Source of the DNA: an uncultured Chroococcidiopsis sp.
Lineage (GTDB): Bacteria > Cyanobacteriota > Cyanobacteriia > Cyanobacteriales > Chroococcidiopsidaceae
NCBI GenBank assembly: GCA_964248365.1
Contig: CAXTYC010000038.1
Coordinates: 1-48,436 of the forward strand
Length of the DNA stretch: 48,436 nt
Reading direction: 5' to 3'
Positions 9,292 to 19,464 of this stretch are shown piece after piece. A program made the translations under genes and the position numbers. The stretch's first letter is position 1; every line of letters begins with the position of its first letter. The notes under the pieces were generated by a model that was given only the letters and a program-made list of their open reading frames with translations, was not told the origin of the DNA and did not search any database.

Positions 9292-12200
9292 ATGAACAGC
9301 AATAATCCGCAGCAAGATTCTCCTTTAGTCCTTGTTGTGGACGATGACAGTAAAATAAGGATGCAACTGCGGCACGTAATGGAACAAGCAGGGTATCGGG
9401 TAGCAGAAGCAAGTGATGGCGAGCAGGCGTTAGGTATATTTACTCAACTCCATCCAGACATTGTGCTGCTAGATGCTGTGATGCCTATAATGGATGGATT
9501 TACCTGCTGTAGGAATTTGCAAAGCTTGCCTGGAGGCTCGCGCACTCCGGTTTTAATGATTACTAGGCTAGAGGATATTGAAACCGTAGAGCTAGCTTTT
9601 GATGCGGGAGCCACTGATTTTATTATCAAGCCAATTCATGGGGCAGTATTACGGCAAAGGGTGCGGATTCTCCTAGCTGCTAGTCGGACAATGGAGGAAT
9701 TGCGACAACAGAAGACTGAAGCACAGACAACTAGAAACACACTCATTAACATTCTAGAAAGTATCACTGATGGCTTCTTTGCCTTGGATAGCGAGTGGAA
9801 ATTCACCTACATAAATCAGCAAGCAGAAGCACTTTTACAAAGAACACGCGCAGATTTGCTAGGTAAAAGTATATGGAATGAGCTACCAGAAGCCATTGGC
9901 TCAGTCTTCTATGAGCAATACCATAAGGCGGTAAGTCAGCAGATAGCAGTCAAATTTGAAGAATTCTATCAACCACTCAACACTTGGTTTGCAGTCAACG
10001 CCTATCCATCTAAAGATGGTTTGTCGGTTTATTTCCAAGATATCACCGAGCGCAAACGATTAGAAGCGATCGCCCACACTAGAGAACAGGAACTTACCGA
10101 GTTCGTGGAAAATGCCAATGTGGGAATGCATTGGGTAGGAGCAGAAGGACAAATTTTGTGGGCAAATCAAGCTCTTTTGGATCTACTTGGCTACACCCGC
10201 GAGGAATATATTGGACAACCGATTGCCAAGTTCTACGCCGATGCAGAAGTTATAGAAGATATTCTGCGACGGCTACAAGCAAAACAAATGCTACGTGATT
10301 ATGAAGCTCGGCTTCGATGTAAAGATGGCTCGATTAAATATGTGTTAATTGATTCAAACGTCTTCTGGAAGGAAGGACAGTTTATTCATACTTGCTGCTT
10401 CATTCGTGACATCACACAACGCAAGCAAATACAAGAAGCACTCAGGGAAAGTGAAGAACGTTGGCAGTTAGCTTTGCGTGGCAATAATGATGGAATTTGG
10501 GACTGGAACGTTAAAACGGATGAAGTTTTCTATTCAACTCGGTGGAAGGAAATGCTCGGTTACGAAGATGATGAAATTTCCAACCATCTAGATGAATGGG
10601 CTACAAGAGTACATCCTGACGATATTGACTGGGTAACACAAGTAGTTCAAGACCACTTTGCACGTAAAACGCAGTTTTACATTACTGAGCATCGTCTCCG
10701 ATGTAAAGACCAAACCTACAAATGGATTTTGTCTAGAGGGCAAGCACTATGGGATGAAGATGGTAATGTAGTGCGTATGGCAGGTTCTCATACTGACATC
10801 AGCGATCGCAAGCGCACAGAAGAGGAGTTGCGACAAAGCGAAGAGTTTTTGCAGCGAATCATCAAAAGCACTCCAGACTGCATCAAGGTGTTGGATTTAG
10901 AAGGACGCTTGTTGTACATGAGTTTGGGAGGACAGGCTCTGTTGGAGATTGATAACTTGTCCTCGGTAATCCATTCACAGTGGGTGAACTATTGGCAGGG
11001 AATTTATCATCAACTAGCCCGCAGTGCGGTTGAAACTGCCCTCGCTGGCTCAGTCGGAAAATTCCAAGGGTACTGCCCAACAGCCAAAGGGACACCGAAA
11101 TGGTGGGAAGTAGTAATTACACCGCTGGTAGATTACCAAGGAAAACCGGAAAAATTGCTGTCGGTTTCCCGCGATATTACCGCTCGCAAGCTAGCAGAAG
11201 AAGAATTACAGCGCCAAAGTCAGCGATCGCACTTATTTGCCGAAATTGCACTCAAAATTCGTCAGTCTTTACAAATTGATAAAATTCTGCAAACGACGGT
11301 TACAGAGGTGCAAAAGCTGCTCCAGGCAGACCGAGTTTTGCTCTTTCGCCTGTATCACAATGGCTACGGGCAAATCGTCAATGAAGCAGTTGTTCCTGGC
11401 TGTCTTTCTGTACTCGGTCAAGGTATCACCGACGAATGTTTCGGCACAGAATACCTCAAAAAGTACATCCAAGGCAGGATTTATACCATTGCTGATATTG
11501 ATAAGGCAGGGGTCGATCCTTGCCTAGTTCAATTCATGAAACAGTTCAGCGTCAAGGCAAAGCTGGTAATGCCCATTCTCCTAAAAGAAGAACTTTGGGG
11601 TTTGCTGATTGCTCATCAGTGTAGTAGTCCACGTTCGTGGAATAGTTCTGAAATTGAACTTTTGCGACAAATAGCAGACCAAATCGGCATCGCCCTAGCT
11701 CAGGCACAAATGCTAGAAGAGGAAACCCGTCAGCGTGAGGAATTAGCCCGTTCTAATGCCGAACTGCAACAATTTGCCTCTGTTGCTTCCCACGACCTGC
11801 AAGAACCACTACGCAAAATTCAAGCATTTGGTAATCGACTAAAAGCTATCTGTGGCTCGTCGCTGACACCGCAGGGGCTGGACTACCTAGAGCGAATGCA
11901 GAATGCAGCCATGCGGATGCAAACCTTGATTGAAGATTTGTTAACATTTTCGCGCATTACAACCAAAGCGCTGCCTTTTGTGCAGGTGAATCTGGCACAA
12001 GTGGCGCAAGAAGTATTATTGGATTTGGAATTGCAGATAGCGCAAACTGAGGGGCGTGTAGAAGTGGGAGATTTGCCCACGATTGAAGCCGAGCCAGTCC
12101 AGATGCGTCAACTGCTGCAAAACCTAATTAGCAACGCGCTGAAATTTCATAAGCATGGGGAAGCGCCTTTTGTCAAGCTTTATAGCCAACTTTTAGATTT

Positions 12201-12483
12201 TGAACAGCAATCGGTAGAGAATTGGGCGAGCGCTTCTTTTTGTCAAATTATAGTGCAAGATAATGGTATAGGGTTTGATGAAAAATACCTAGACCGCATC
12301 TTCAACGTCTTTCAACGCCTGCATAGTCGGAGTGACTATGAAGGTACAGGTATGGGTTTAGCAATAGTTAGGAAAATTGCCGAACGGCATGGCGGCAACA
12401 TTACAGCCAAAAGTAGGCAGGGGGAAGGGTCAGCATTTATTATCACCCTGCCGCTTAATCAACATAGAGGAGATTTAGAGTGA
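9292..12483 (+). CDS. Hybrid sensor histidine kinase REC-4xPAS-GAF(cyanobacteriochrome)-HisKA-HATPase
   Basis: N-terminal REC (VVDDD, LLDAVMP), PAS/PAC repeats, GAF with DECF and DPCL cysteines, ASHDLQEPLR H-box, DNGIG and GTGMGL. Confidence 0.92.
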   Translation: MNSNNPQQDSPLVLVVDDDSKIRMQLRHVMEQAGYRVAEASDGEQALGIFTQLHPDIVLLDAVMPIMDGFTCCRNLQSLPGGSRTPVLMITRLEDIETVELAFDAGATDFIIKPIHGAVLRQRVRILLAASRTMEELRQQKTEAQTTRNTLINILESITDGFFALDSEWKFTYINQQAEALLQRTRADLLGKSIWNELPEAIGSVFYEQYHKAVSQQIAVKFEEFYQPLNTWFAVNAYPSKDGLSVYFQDITERKRLEAIAHTREQELTEFVENANVGMHWVGAEGQILWANQALLDLLGYTREEYIGQPIAKFYADAEVIEDILRRLQAKQMLRDYEARLRCKDGSIKYVLIDSNVFWKEGQFIHTCCFIRDITQRKQIQEALRESEERWQLALRGNNDGIWDWNVKTDEVFYSTRWKEMLGYEDDEISNHLDEWATRVHPDDIDWVTQVVQDHFARKTQFYITEHRLRCKDQTYKWILSRGQALWDEDGNVVRMAGSHTDISDRKRTEEELRQSEEFLQRIIKSTPDCIKVLDLEGRLLYMSLGGQALLEIDNLSSVIHSQWVNYWQGIYHQLARSAVETALAGSVGKFQGYCPTAKGTPKWWEVVITPLVDYQGKPEKLLSVSRDITARKLAEEELQRQSQRSHLFAEIALKIRQSLQIDKILQTTVTEVQKLLQADRVLLFRLYHNGYGQIVNEAVVPGCLSVLGQGITDECFGTEYLKKYIQGRIYTIADIDKAGVDPCLVQFMKQFSVKAKLVMPILLKEELWGLLIAHQCSSPRSWNSSEIELLRQIADQIGIALAQAQMLEEETRQREELARSNAELQQFASVASHDLQEPLRKIQAFGNRLKAICGSSLTPQGLDYLERMQNAAMRMQTLIEDLLTFSRITTKALPFVQVNLAQVAQEVLLDLELQIAQTEGRVEVGDLPTIEAEPVQMRQLLQNLISNALKFHKHGEAPFVKLYSQLLDFEQQSVENWASASFCQIIVQDNGIGFDEKYLDRIFNVFQRLHSRSDYEGTGMGLAIVRKIAERHGGNITAKSRQGEGSAFIITLPLNQHRGDLE

Positions 12484-12953
12484 AAGGTCGCCGCACAATT
12501 GTCACAATTCTAATGGCTGACGATGACGAGGACGACTGTATATTAGCACAGGAAGCCTTGGCAGAAAGTCGTTTGGCAAATGACCTACACTTTGTTCAAG
12601 ATGGTGAAGAATTGATGGATTATCTCTATCGGCGAGGTAAATACCTTGATCCCAAGACTTCGCCGCGCCCAGGTTTGATCCTGCTCGATCTAAATATGCC
12701 AAAAAAAGACGGGCGAGAGGCATTACAGGAGATCAAAGCAAATTTGCACCTGCGTCACATTCCCATAGTGGTGCTGACAACTTCAAAGGCAGAGGAGGAT
12801 ATATATATTAGCTATAAATTGGGCGCAAACTCGTTTATCACTAAGCCAGTCACATTCGCCGCCTTAGTTGAGGTAATGAAGACGATTGGCAAATATTGGT
12901 TTGAAATTGTCGAACTACCACTGGTTGCAGTGGATAATGGACATGGACACTGA
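12480..12953 (+). CDS. Single-domain response regulator (Rcp1/phytochrome-associated type)
   Basis: ADDDEDD, LILLDLNMPKKDG, LTTS, KP, KYWFEIVELP; GTG start overlaps the kinase stop. Confidence 0.92.
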   Translation: MKGRRTIVTILMADDDEDDCILAQEALAESRLANDLHFVQDGEELMDYLYRRGKYLDPKTSPRPGLILLDLNMPKKDGREALQEIKANLHLRHIPIVVLTTSKAEEDIYISYKLGANSFITKPVTFAALVEVMKTIGKYWFEIVELPLVAVDNGHGH

Positions 12954-14853
12954 GCGAGTACGAGTACTGTTAGTTGACGATGACGAGGATGACTATCTGT
13001 TGACGAGAGATTGGCTGGCAGAAGTTCAGACAACTGTTTTCGATCTCGAATGGGTAGCTAGTTATGATGCAGCCATAGCGGAGATCGCCTCCCACCAACA
13101 CGATGTCTATCTCTTCGACTACCGTCTAGGCGCTCACAACGGCTTAGAACTGTTGCGTCAGGCAATAGCTGGGGGTTGTTCTGCTCCGATTATTTTACTC
13201 ACAGGGCAGGGAGATCAGGCGATCGACATCGAAGCTATGAAATCAGGCGCAGCCGATTACCTAGAAAAAAGTCAACTGAGTGCGCCATTGCTAGAGCGTT
13301 CCATTCGCTACGCCCTAGAACGTCAACGCTCCCAACAAAAAATCCGCGAACAGGCAGCCCTAATAGATGTTACCACAGATGCGATTGTAGTTAGATGCCA
13401 ACAAGACAAAATTTTATTTTGGAACAAAGGTGCAGAGCGCTTATACGGCTGGCAGCAAGAAGAGGCACTTGGTAAAGATGCCAATCGATTGTTGTACGAT
13501 GACACCTGGCTAGATCAACTTGATGAAGTCAAAATTATACTATTTCAAACCGGACAATGGCAAGGTGAGTTACATCAAGTTACCAAAGCGGGAAAAGAAG
13601 TTATAGTATACAGCCGCTGGACATTGGTACAAGATCGAAACGGGCAACCCAAATCAATCCTTGTTGTCAATACCGACATTACCGAAAAAAAACAGCTAGA
13701 AGCACAATTCTTACGCGCCCAACGCTTGGAAAGTATCGGCACTCTAGCAAGTGGCATCGCCCACGACTTGAATAATATGCTAGCCCCGATTTTGATGACG
13801 GCTCAACTTTTATCAACCCAACTACATGATGAACGCAGTCAAAGGCTACTGCCAATCATAGTTACAAACGCTAAACGTGGTGCAGCTTTAGTCAAACAAG
13901 TACTGTCATTTGCCAGGGGAATGGAAGGGACTTTTGCCACTTTGCAAGTCAGGCACTTGATATCAGAAATCAGGCAGATTGCCAAACAGACATTTCCCAA
14001 ATTGATCGAAATCTCTTGTGACATCTCCCCCCAGCTGTGGGCAGTTTCAGGAGATGCTACCCAACTGCATCAAGTACTGATGAACCTAGTAGTCAATGCG
14101 CGTGATGCCATGCCCAATGGCGGCAGTTTGCAGATTTGTGCGGAAAATTTTTTCATTGATGAAAACTATGCCAGGATGCACCTAGAAGCGAAAGTAGGTT
14201 GCTACATAGTAATTAAAGTGACAGACACTGGGATGGGGATGCCACCAGAAATTGTAGAACGAATTTTCGAGCCATTTTTCACCACAAAAGAGTTGGGTAA
14301 AGGCACAGGGCTAGGGCTATCTACAGTTATGGGCATTGTCAAAAGTCACGGCGGATTTGTAAATGTCTACAGTGAGGTAGGCAGAGGAACCGAATTTCAG
14401 GTATACTTGCCAGCAGTCGAAACAGTCGAAACCATTGCCCCACCAGAACAACAACCACCACACGGACAGGGAGAATTAATTCTAGTGGTAGATGACGAAG
14501 CGGGAATTCGTGAAACTACCCAAGCCTCGTTGGAAATATACAACTACAAAGTACTCACCGCCAGTGACGGCATCGAAGCGATCGCCCTCTATGCCGAACA
14601 TCGTGATAAAATCAGTTTGGTATTAGTTGATATGCTAATGCCAGCAATGGATGGAGCTACCACGATCCGCACATTGCTAAAAATTAACCCCTCTGTCAAA
14701 ATTATTGCCAGTAGCGGACTTGCCTCCAAACAGCATTTAGGTGAGACTGTTGATATAGGAATCAATTTTTTGCCAAAACCCTACACAGCACAAGAATTAT
14801 TGCAAACCATCACCAAAGTTCTCAGCAGCAAATCTCAACCGATTAGCTGTTAG
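12937..14853 (+). CDS. Hybrid histidine kinase REC-PAS-HisKA-HATPase-REC
   Basis: [34 protein letters not shown]-terminal REC; likely start ATG 12937 or 12943. Confidence 0.92.
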   Translation: MDMDTERVRVLLVDDDEDDYLLTRDWLAEVQTTVFDLEWVASYDAAIAEIASHQHDVYLFDYRLGAHNGLELLRQAIAGGCSAPIILLTGQGDQAIDIEAMKSGAADYLEKSQLSAPLLERSIRYALERQRSQQKIREQAALIDVTTDAIVVRCQQDKILFWNKGAERLYGWQQEEALGKDANRLLYDDTWLDQLDEVKIILFQTGQWQGELHQVTKAGKEVIVYSRWTLVQDRNGQPKSILVVNTDITEKKQLEAQFLRAQRLESIGTLASGIAHDLNNMLAPILMTAQLLSTQLHDERSQRLLPIIVTNAKRGAALVKQVLSFARGMEGTFATLQVRHLISEIRQIAKQTFPKLIEISCDISPQLWAVSGDATQLHQVLMNLVVNARDAMPNGGSLQICAENFFIDENYARMHLEAKVGCYIVIKVTDTGMGMPPEIVERIFEPFFTTKELGKGTGLGLSTVMGIVKSHGGFVNVYSEVGRGTEFQVYLPAVETVETIAPPEQQPPHGQGELILVVDDEAGIRETTQASLEIYNYKVLTASDGIEAIALYAEHRDKISLVLVDMLMPAMDGATTIRTLLKINPSVKIIASSGLASKQHLGETVDIGINFLPKPYTAQELLQTITKVLSSKSQPISC

Positions 14854-14854
14854 C

Positions 14855-14908
14855 AGTTTGCCACCCATGCCCACCATGATCAGATTTGGTGGGCATGGGT
14901 GGCAAACT
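14855..14908. terminator. 22-bp perfect REP-derived inverted repeat between convergent genes
   Basis: AGTTTGCCACCCATGCCCACCA-10 nt-TGGTGGGCATGGGTGGCAAACT. Confidence 0.7.
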
Positions 14909-14975
14909 TTGTACCTTTGCGTCTTTGCGTCGAGGCGCGACACTTTAAAATCCCCAATTCTTACCCAAAATCTCC

Positions 14976-16028
14976 CTAAACCTTACCACTACCCATTAAA
15001 TAAAGTAGTGCCATCCGCACTGCCACACCATTGGTCACTTGCTCCGAGATCAGACTAAATTCGGGATCATCCATCAAATCAGAACTAATTTCAACACCTC
15101 GATTAACTGGACCTGGGTGTAAAACCTTAACACCAGGTTTGCATAATTGCAAGCGATCGCGTGTAATCCCAAACAATTGATGATATTCTCGTAAACTTGG
15201 CAACAGATACTGAGTCATCCTTTCCTTTTGCAGCCGTAAAGTCATGACAAAATCTGCATCTTGCAAAGCACTTTCAACTTGCCAATGTATGAATAGGTTA
15301 CGAGTGGCTAGTGGAACCGGTAGGCTAGTGGCTAGAGGGGTAGTAAGCGGTTTCTCTGCTTGTCCCCCTTCATCACCAACAAATGAAGCAAACAACCCAG
15401 GTAACAAAGTCGGTGGCGCAGCTAGATGTACTTCTGCTCCACTTGCTGTTAGACTCCAGATATTGGATCTTGCTACGCGCGAATGTAAAATATCCCCAAC
15501 AATGGCAATCTTTTTACCCTGCAACAGTTCGAGTTGGGGTTGATCTGTGTCAAGCAAGGTGCAGATAGTAAACAAGTCGAGTAATGCTTGTGAAGGGTGT
15601 TCGTGTTGACCATCTCCAGCATTGAGAACTCCTACTCGGACTCCCAAACGATCCATCTCAGATGCAATAGCCTGTGGTACTCCCGCCTCTCGATGGCGAA
15701 TTACCATCATGTCAGTTCCCATTGCTAAATAGGTCTTTGCTGTATCTAAAATCGTTTCTCCCTTGGTGAGGGAAGATGTCGAAGCAGCAAAATTCAAAGT
15801 ATCAGCCGATAGACGTTTGGCTGCTAGTTCAAAACTGCTACGGGTGCGGGTAGATGACTCAAAAAACAAATTAGTCACTACCTGTCCCTGCAATGTTGGT
15901 ACTTTCTTTGTCCGCCGCGACAGCACCTCCCTAAAGCTAGCAGCAGTTTGCAAGACGGTGTTGTATTCCAGGGCGGTGAAATCAGCCAGAGAAAGAATGT
16001 GGCGACGAGTCCAGGTAGTAGTAGCCAT
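14976..16028 (-). CDS. pyrB: Aspartate carbamoyltransferase catalytic subunit
   Basis: [36 protein letters not shown]; start ATG 16028. Confidence 0.97.
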   Translation of the reverse strand: MATTTWTRRHILSLADFTALEYNTVLQTAASFREVLSRRTKKVPTLQGQVVTNLFFESSTRTRSSFELAAKRLSADTLNFAASTSSLTKGETILDTAKTYLAMGTDMMVIRHREAGVPQAIASEMDRLGVRVGVLNAGDGQHEHPSQALLDLFTICTLLDTDQPQLELLQGKKIAIVGDILHSRVARSNIWSLTASGAEVHLAAPPTLLPGLFASFVGDEGGQAEKPLTTPLATSLPVPLATRNLFIHWQVESALQDADFVMTLRLQKERMTQYLLPSLREYHQLFGITRDRLQLCKPGVKVLHPGPVNRGVEISSDLMDDPEFSLISEQVTNGVAVRMALLYLMGSGKV

Positions 16029-16067
16029 ATGCTTTTTATCAATTATCAATTATCAATTATCAATGCT

Positions 16068-16448
16068 TCATTGCCCCAAAATTGATGCGATCGCAGATAA
16101 TAATTCATTGAAGTTTAGTGGTTTGAGCAGATAACCATTAGCTCCTAGCTGCAGTGCACGTCGGCGACTAGCAATGTCTGTTTCAAATGTGAGAAACAAG
16201 ACGGGAATATAAGCTACTGTCTGATCTTGGCGTAATTGCCTTAAAACCTCATACCCATTTGGTTCAGGCATATCAATGTCACAAATAATCAAGTCAGGCT
16301 TTTCTATACTCGCTAACTGCAAACCTAAGCTACCATTTTGAGCTGTAATAACTTGGAAATTGTTAAACGTAAGAAAATCAGAAATTAATAAAAGTGAATA
16401 TTCATCATTGTCAATCACTAAAATTTTTTTCACTGTCTCTTTACTCAT
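16068..16448 (-). CDS. Single-domain response regulator
   Basis: ILVIDND, PDLIICDIDMP, FLT, KP. Confidence 0.88.
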   Translation of the reverse strand: MSKETVKKILVIDNDEYSLLLISDFLTFNNFQVITAQNGSLGLQLASIEKPDLIICDIDMPEPNGYEVLRQLRQDQTVAYIPVLFLTFETDIASRRRALQLGANGYLLKPLNFNELLSAIASILGQ

Positions 16449-17222
16449 TCCAAACCAGAATGCGTCTAGCTCATTTAATCGAATCTAGAATTTGTCTTGA
16501 TTGATGTATCATTTTTTATTTACACTCTAACACTTGCTGGTATCATTAATAACAATCCTCTTTTGCAAATAAATGTCATATTTTATACATATATAGAATT
16601 ATACTAACACACTTATATAAGTGACACAAGATTTGATAGATAATCTCAGGCGCCTAGCGCATGAGCTTAAATAAAGCTTCAATTGAAAATTTATACACAA
16701 CTAGATAGTTATAGGCTCAATAAGTAGTTTTAGTTACATCAATCTCAAGACAATTTTAACAAGTTGAGTGAAGGCTGGTAAAAGATTTACCAAAACAATT
16801 ATCAATTCGCGCCTTTTTTTGAATTCACAAAGAGTTAGCAATTTGTAATTGTGGTTTGTTAATTACAAGCTGCAATGTGTTAACTGCATTCTTAAAATTA
16901 ATACTTAATAGCAGTTGAAAATATATAGCAGTTCGTCTAGGAGTAGCTTAACGCTTTTTCATCACTCTGGTGAGACAAGAATCTGCAAACTTTGCAGAAC
17001 AAGACTTTTACGAACAACCTTGATTTCAGACAATGTATGAGAAAATAAACGCACAAACGCTTGTCTCATCTTGAGTCTAGAAATTAGCTCCAATTTTTAT
17101 CTTCAAAAAGTGATGGAACGTTAAAAAGCAGGGCAAGAATTGACTTACAGAAATTGCTGCTCACAAGTATACAAAAGGAGCGAGGATCGACAGGTAGGAC
17201 AATTGCGCGTTTGAATTGTTTC

Positions 17223-18578
17223 TCACGGTTTTAAATGGAGAACATTCAAGCTTATCGTGATGAGTGTGAGGAATAGAATGAAGCCAATTGAATCGAGCAT
17301 AGTAGTCACCAATGGTCCGCTAACTAGTGCCGGATCAAGCTTCAAACGCTTTAGTCCCATTGGTAACAAAGTTCCCAGTGTTACGGCTACAACTGAATTA
17401 GTTGCCATTACCAGCCCTGCAACTAAAGCCACCCAGCGTTCTTGGGGAGGAGTCCAAATCAGAGCCAGTAGCACCATTGTCAGACCTAATGCTAGGGCAG
17501 TGCCTAAACCCGCCACAATTTCCCGCCGCAGAATCTTCAGGGTATCCCGCGACGTGACTTCTCCCACGCCCAGTCCTCGGATAGTTACCGTTACCGCTTG
17601 AATTCCAACCGTGCCACCCGTGTTGGAGAATAGTGGCATGATAACTGCTAGAACTGGAACCATCGAAATGGTTTTTTGAAAGGGTGCGATCGCGCTTGAT
17701 GCTCCGATATACAATGCCATAATACCCAGCAGCCAAGGCAGACGATTGCGAATCTTGACCAAGGGAGGTGACAAAGCTGATTCATCACCCCCGCTGATCC
17801 CTGCTAGTTTCTGAATGTCTTGGGTAGCTTCCTCCTCCAAAATGTCTACTACGTCATCAATCGTGACAATTCCTACCAAACGGTCTTCACGATCTACCAC
17901 AGGTAAGGCGATCAAGTCATAGCGCTTCATGATCTGGGCGACTTCTGACTGGGGAGTGTCGGTTTTGACTTGAATCAGGCGATGACTGGCGATATCTCGA
18001 ATTAAGACATCGGGAATTGTAAATAATAATTGTCGTAGGGAAACTACACTTTTAAGTTTACGGTTATCATCCGTGACGTAAGCATAGTAAATTGTTTCTT
18101 TATCTTCGTCAGTTAAACGGATTTTTTGCAGGGCTTGTCCCACCGTTAAGCCTTCCCGCAGCCGGACATACTCGGTCGTCATTACACGACCAGCAGTACC
18201 CTCTGCATACCCCAGAATCATTGCTGTGGCTTGGCGTTCGGATGGGCTAAGTTGCTGCAACAGTCGTTTAACTACCCCTGCTGGCAATTCATCAAATAAT
18301 TCTGCGCGATCGTCAGGACTCATCGACTCGACCAGATGAAACACCTGGGCATCATGCAGCGCCCCGATCAGTACTTCCTGTACATCGGGTGGTAGATGTT
18401 CAAATACATCTATTGCTTGATTTTTGTTGAGCAAGCGAAAAGCGATCGCCCGCCGTTCTGGAGGTAGTTCGGCAATATGATCCCCCACATCAATAGGCGG
18501 TAAACGATTCAATTCTGCCTTTAGCAGGTTTAAATCAGTAATATCTGATAAAGCAACACGTCCTTCTTGAGTGAGCAT
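17223..18578 (-). CDS. mgtE: Magnesium transporter MgtE
   Basis: N-domain, tandem CBS domains (AGRVMT, GIVTIDD), TM region RLPWL, GGTVG, DPALVSGPLVTTMLD. Confidence 0.95.
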   Translation of the reverse strand: MLTQEGRVALSDITDLNLLKAELNRLPPIDVGDHIAELPPERRAIAFRLLNKNQAIDVFEHLPPDVQEVLIGALHDAQVFHLVESMSPDDRAELFDELPAGVVKRLLQQLSPSERQATAMILGYAEGTAGRVMTTEYVRLREGLTVGQALQKIRLTDEDKETIYYAYVTDDNRKLKSVVSLRQLLFTIPDVLIRDIASHRLIQVKTDTPQSEVAQIMKRYDLIALPVVDREDRLVGIVTIDDVVDILEEEATQDIQKLAGISGGDESALSPPLVKIRNRLPWLLGIMALYIGASSAIAPFQKTISMVPVLAVIMPLFSNTGGTVGIQAVTVTIRGLGVGEVTSRDTLKILRREIVAGLGTALALGLTMVLLALIWTPPQERWVALVAGLVMATNSVVAVTLGTLLPMGLKRLKLDPALVSGPLVTTMLDSIGFILFLTLITISLNVLHLKP

Positions 18579-18629
18579 TCAAATCCTCCACTAGTCTCCC
18601 CCACGCAGGGAGACTCGTCTTTCCCAAGC

Positions 18630-18671
18630 TTAGAGGAGATGACTACTTTCAGGTAATGGACTTCGGTCCAT
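18630..18671 (-). promoter_or_regulatory. Candidate mgtE leader peptide MDRSPLPESSHLL within a structured 5' UTR
   Basis: ATG 18671 to TAA 18630. The start codon lies in hairpin ATGGAC-CGAA-GTCCAT; a second hairpin (18593-18615) abuts the GGAGG SD of mgtE. Confidence 0.5.
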
Positions 18672-18801
18672 AAAATCGAAAAAATTCAACATCGATACCA
18701 GTTCAAGGCATCGCTATGTCATATCCTAACCTGCAAGTGGTTTGAATTGAAAGATATTCAGGCTCAGTCTGTGGAAAGAAAATCGTACACTCAGAGAATT
18801 G

Positions 18802-19310
18802 CTATAGCACTTTTTGAAACACTAGGGAAGTTTTGATATTGCTATAGCCTATTTTTTTGTAGAAGCGGAAAAATTGGGGTGTGGCTTCGCCTCCCCCAAT
18901 ATTTTCCAAGACAACTATGAGCGTCTTCGCGGACAATATTAGAGCGAAGTAACACACTTGTGCATCCTTGTGTAACTGCCCATTGCTCGGCATATTGCAT
19001 TAAGCGCCTTCCGATTCCACAACGGCGATCGCTTGGGTCTACAATCAATCCCCCGATGAATGCTTGTAAATCTGTCATAAGTGTTGGACAAACATAAATA
19101 TGCACCCAGCCAACTACCTGCTGATCTAAGCTTGGCTACAAAAACTACATGATTTTTATCCTGCTGGATTTGCCCAAGACGCTGTTCTATAGATGCTTGT
19201 GAGGTGGGATAACCTAACTGTTTGCACAGTTGAGCAATCTGCTTATAATCCCCTATCTGTGCTAAGCGAATAATTGTTTGGTTGCTGTTATCGTTGGTTA
19301 CAATTGGCAC
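18802..19310 (-). pseudogene. GNAT acetyltransferase broken by a frameshift and a 49-nt insertion
   Basis: Three frames join into one GNAT: IRLAQIGD...VFVAKL / VVGWVH...RRCGIGRRLM...REDAH / RFYKKIGY...VFQKVL. Confidence 0.85.
18868..18916. mobile_element. 49-nt hairpin mini-element inserted in the GNAT gene
   Basis: Arms GGAAAAATTGGGG and CCCCAATATTTTCC around GGCTTCGCC; removing it restores REDAH-RFYKKIGY. Confidence 0.65.
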
Positions 19311-19334
19311 TTTTGAATACAGTTATCTCTATTT

Positions 19335-19451
19335 TCTCACATCTTGCACTTGGGGAGGGGTGTGGTCAAAAGCAACAGTTGACAAACACTATGCTTGCCT
19401 CAATGCCTGCTCAACCAGCTTTGACTACACCCTTTGACATCTGATGTGAGA
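19335..19451. repeat. ~117-nt imperfect nested inverted repeat (MITE-like or 3'-end structure)
   Basis: TCTCACATC/GATGTGAGA outer arms; GGGTGTGGTCAAAAGC/GCTTTGACTACACCC inner arms. Confidence 0.6.
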
Positions 19452-19464
19452 GTGGGAAGCAACA

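Noticed and set aside
16449..17222. 770-nt AT-rich intergenic region as ncRNA or hidden gene
   Set aside because: Only short palindromes (e.g. TTGTAATT...AATTACAA) and no convincing ORF or fold.
18579..18720. M-box (ykoK) or yybP-ykoY riboswitch upstream of mgtE
   Set aside because: I could not find their conserved sequence blocks; the uORF model fits better.
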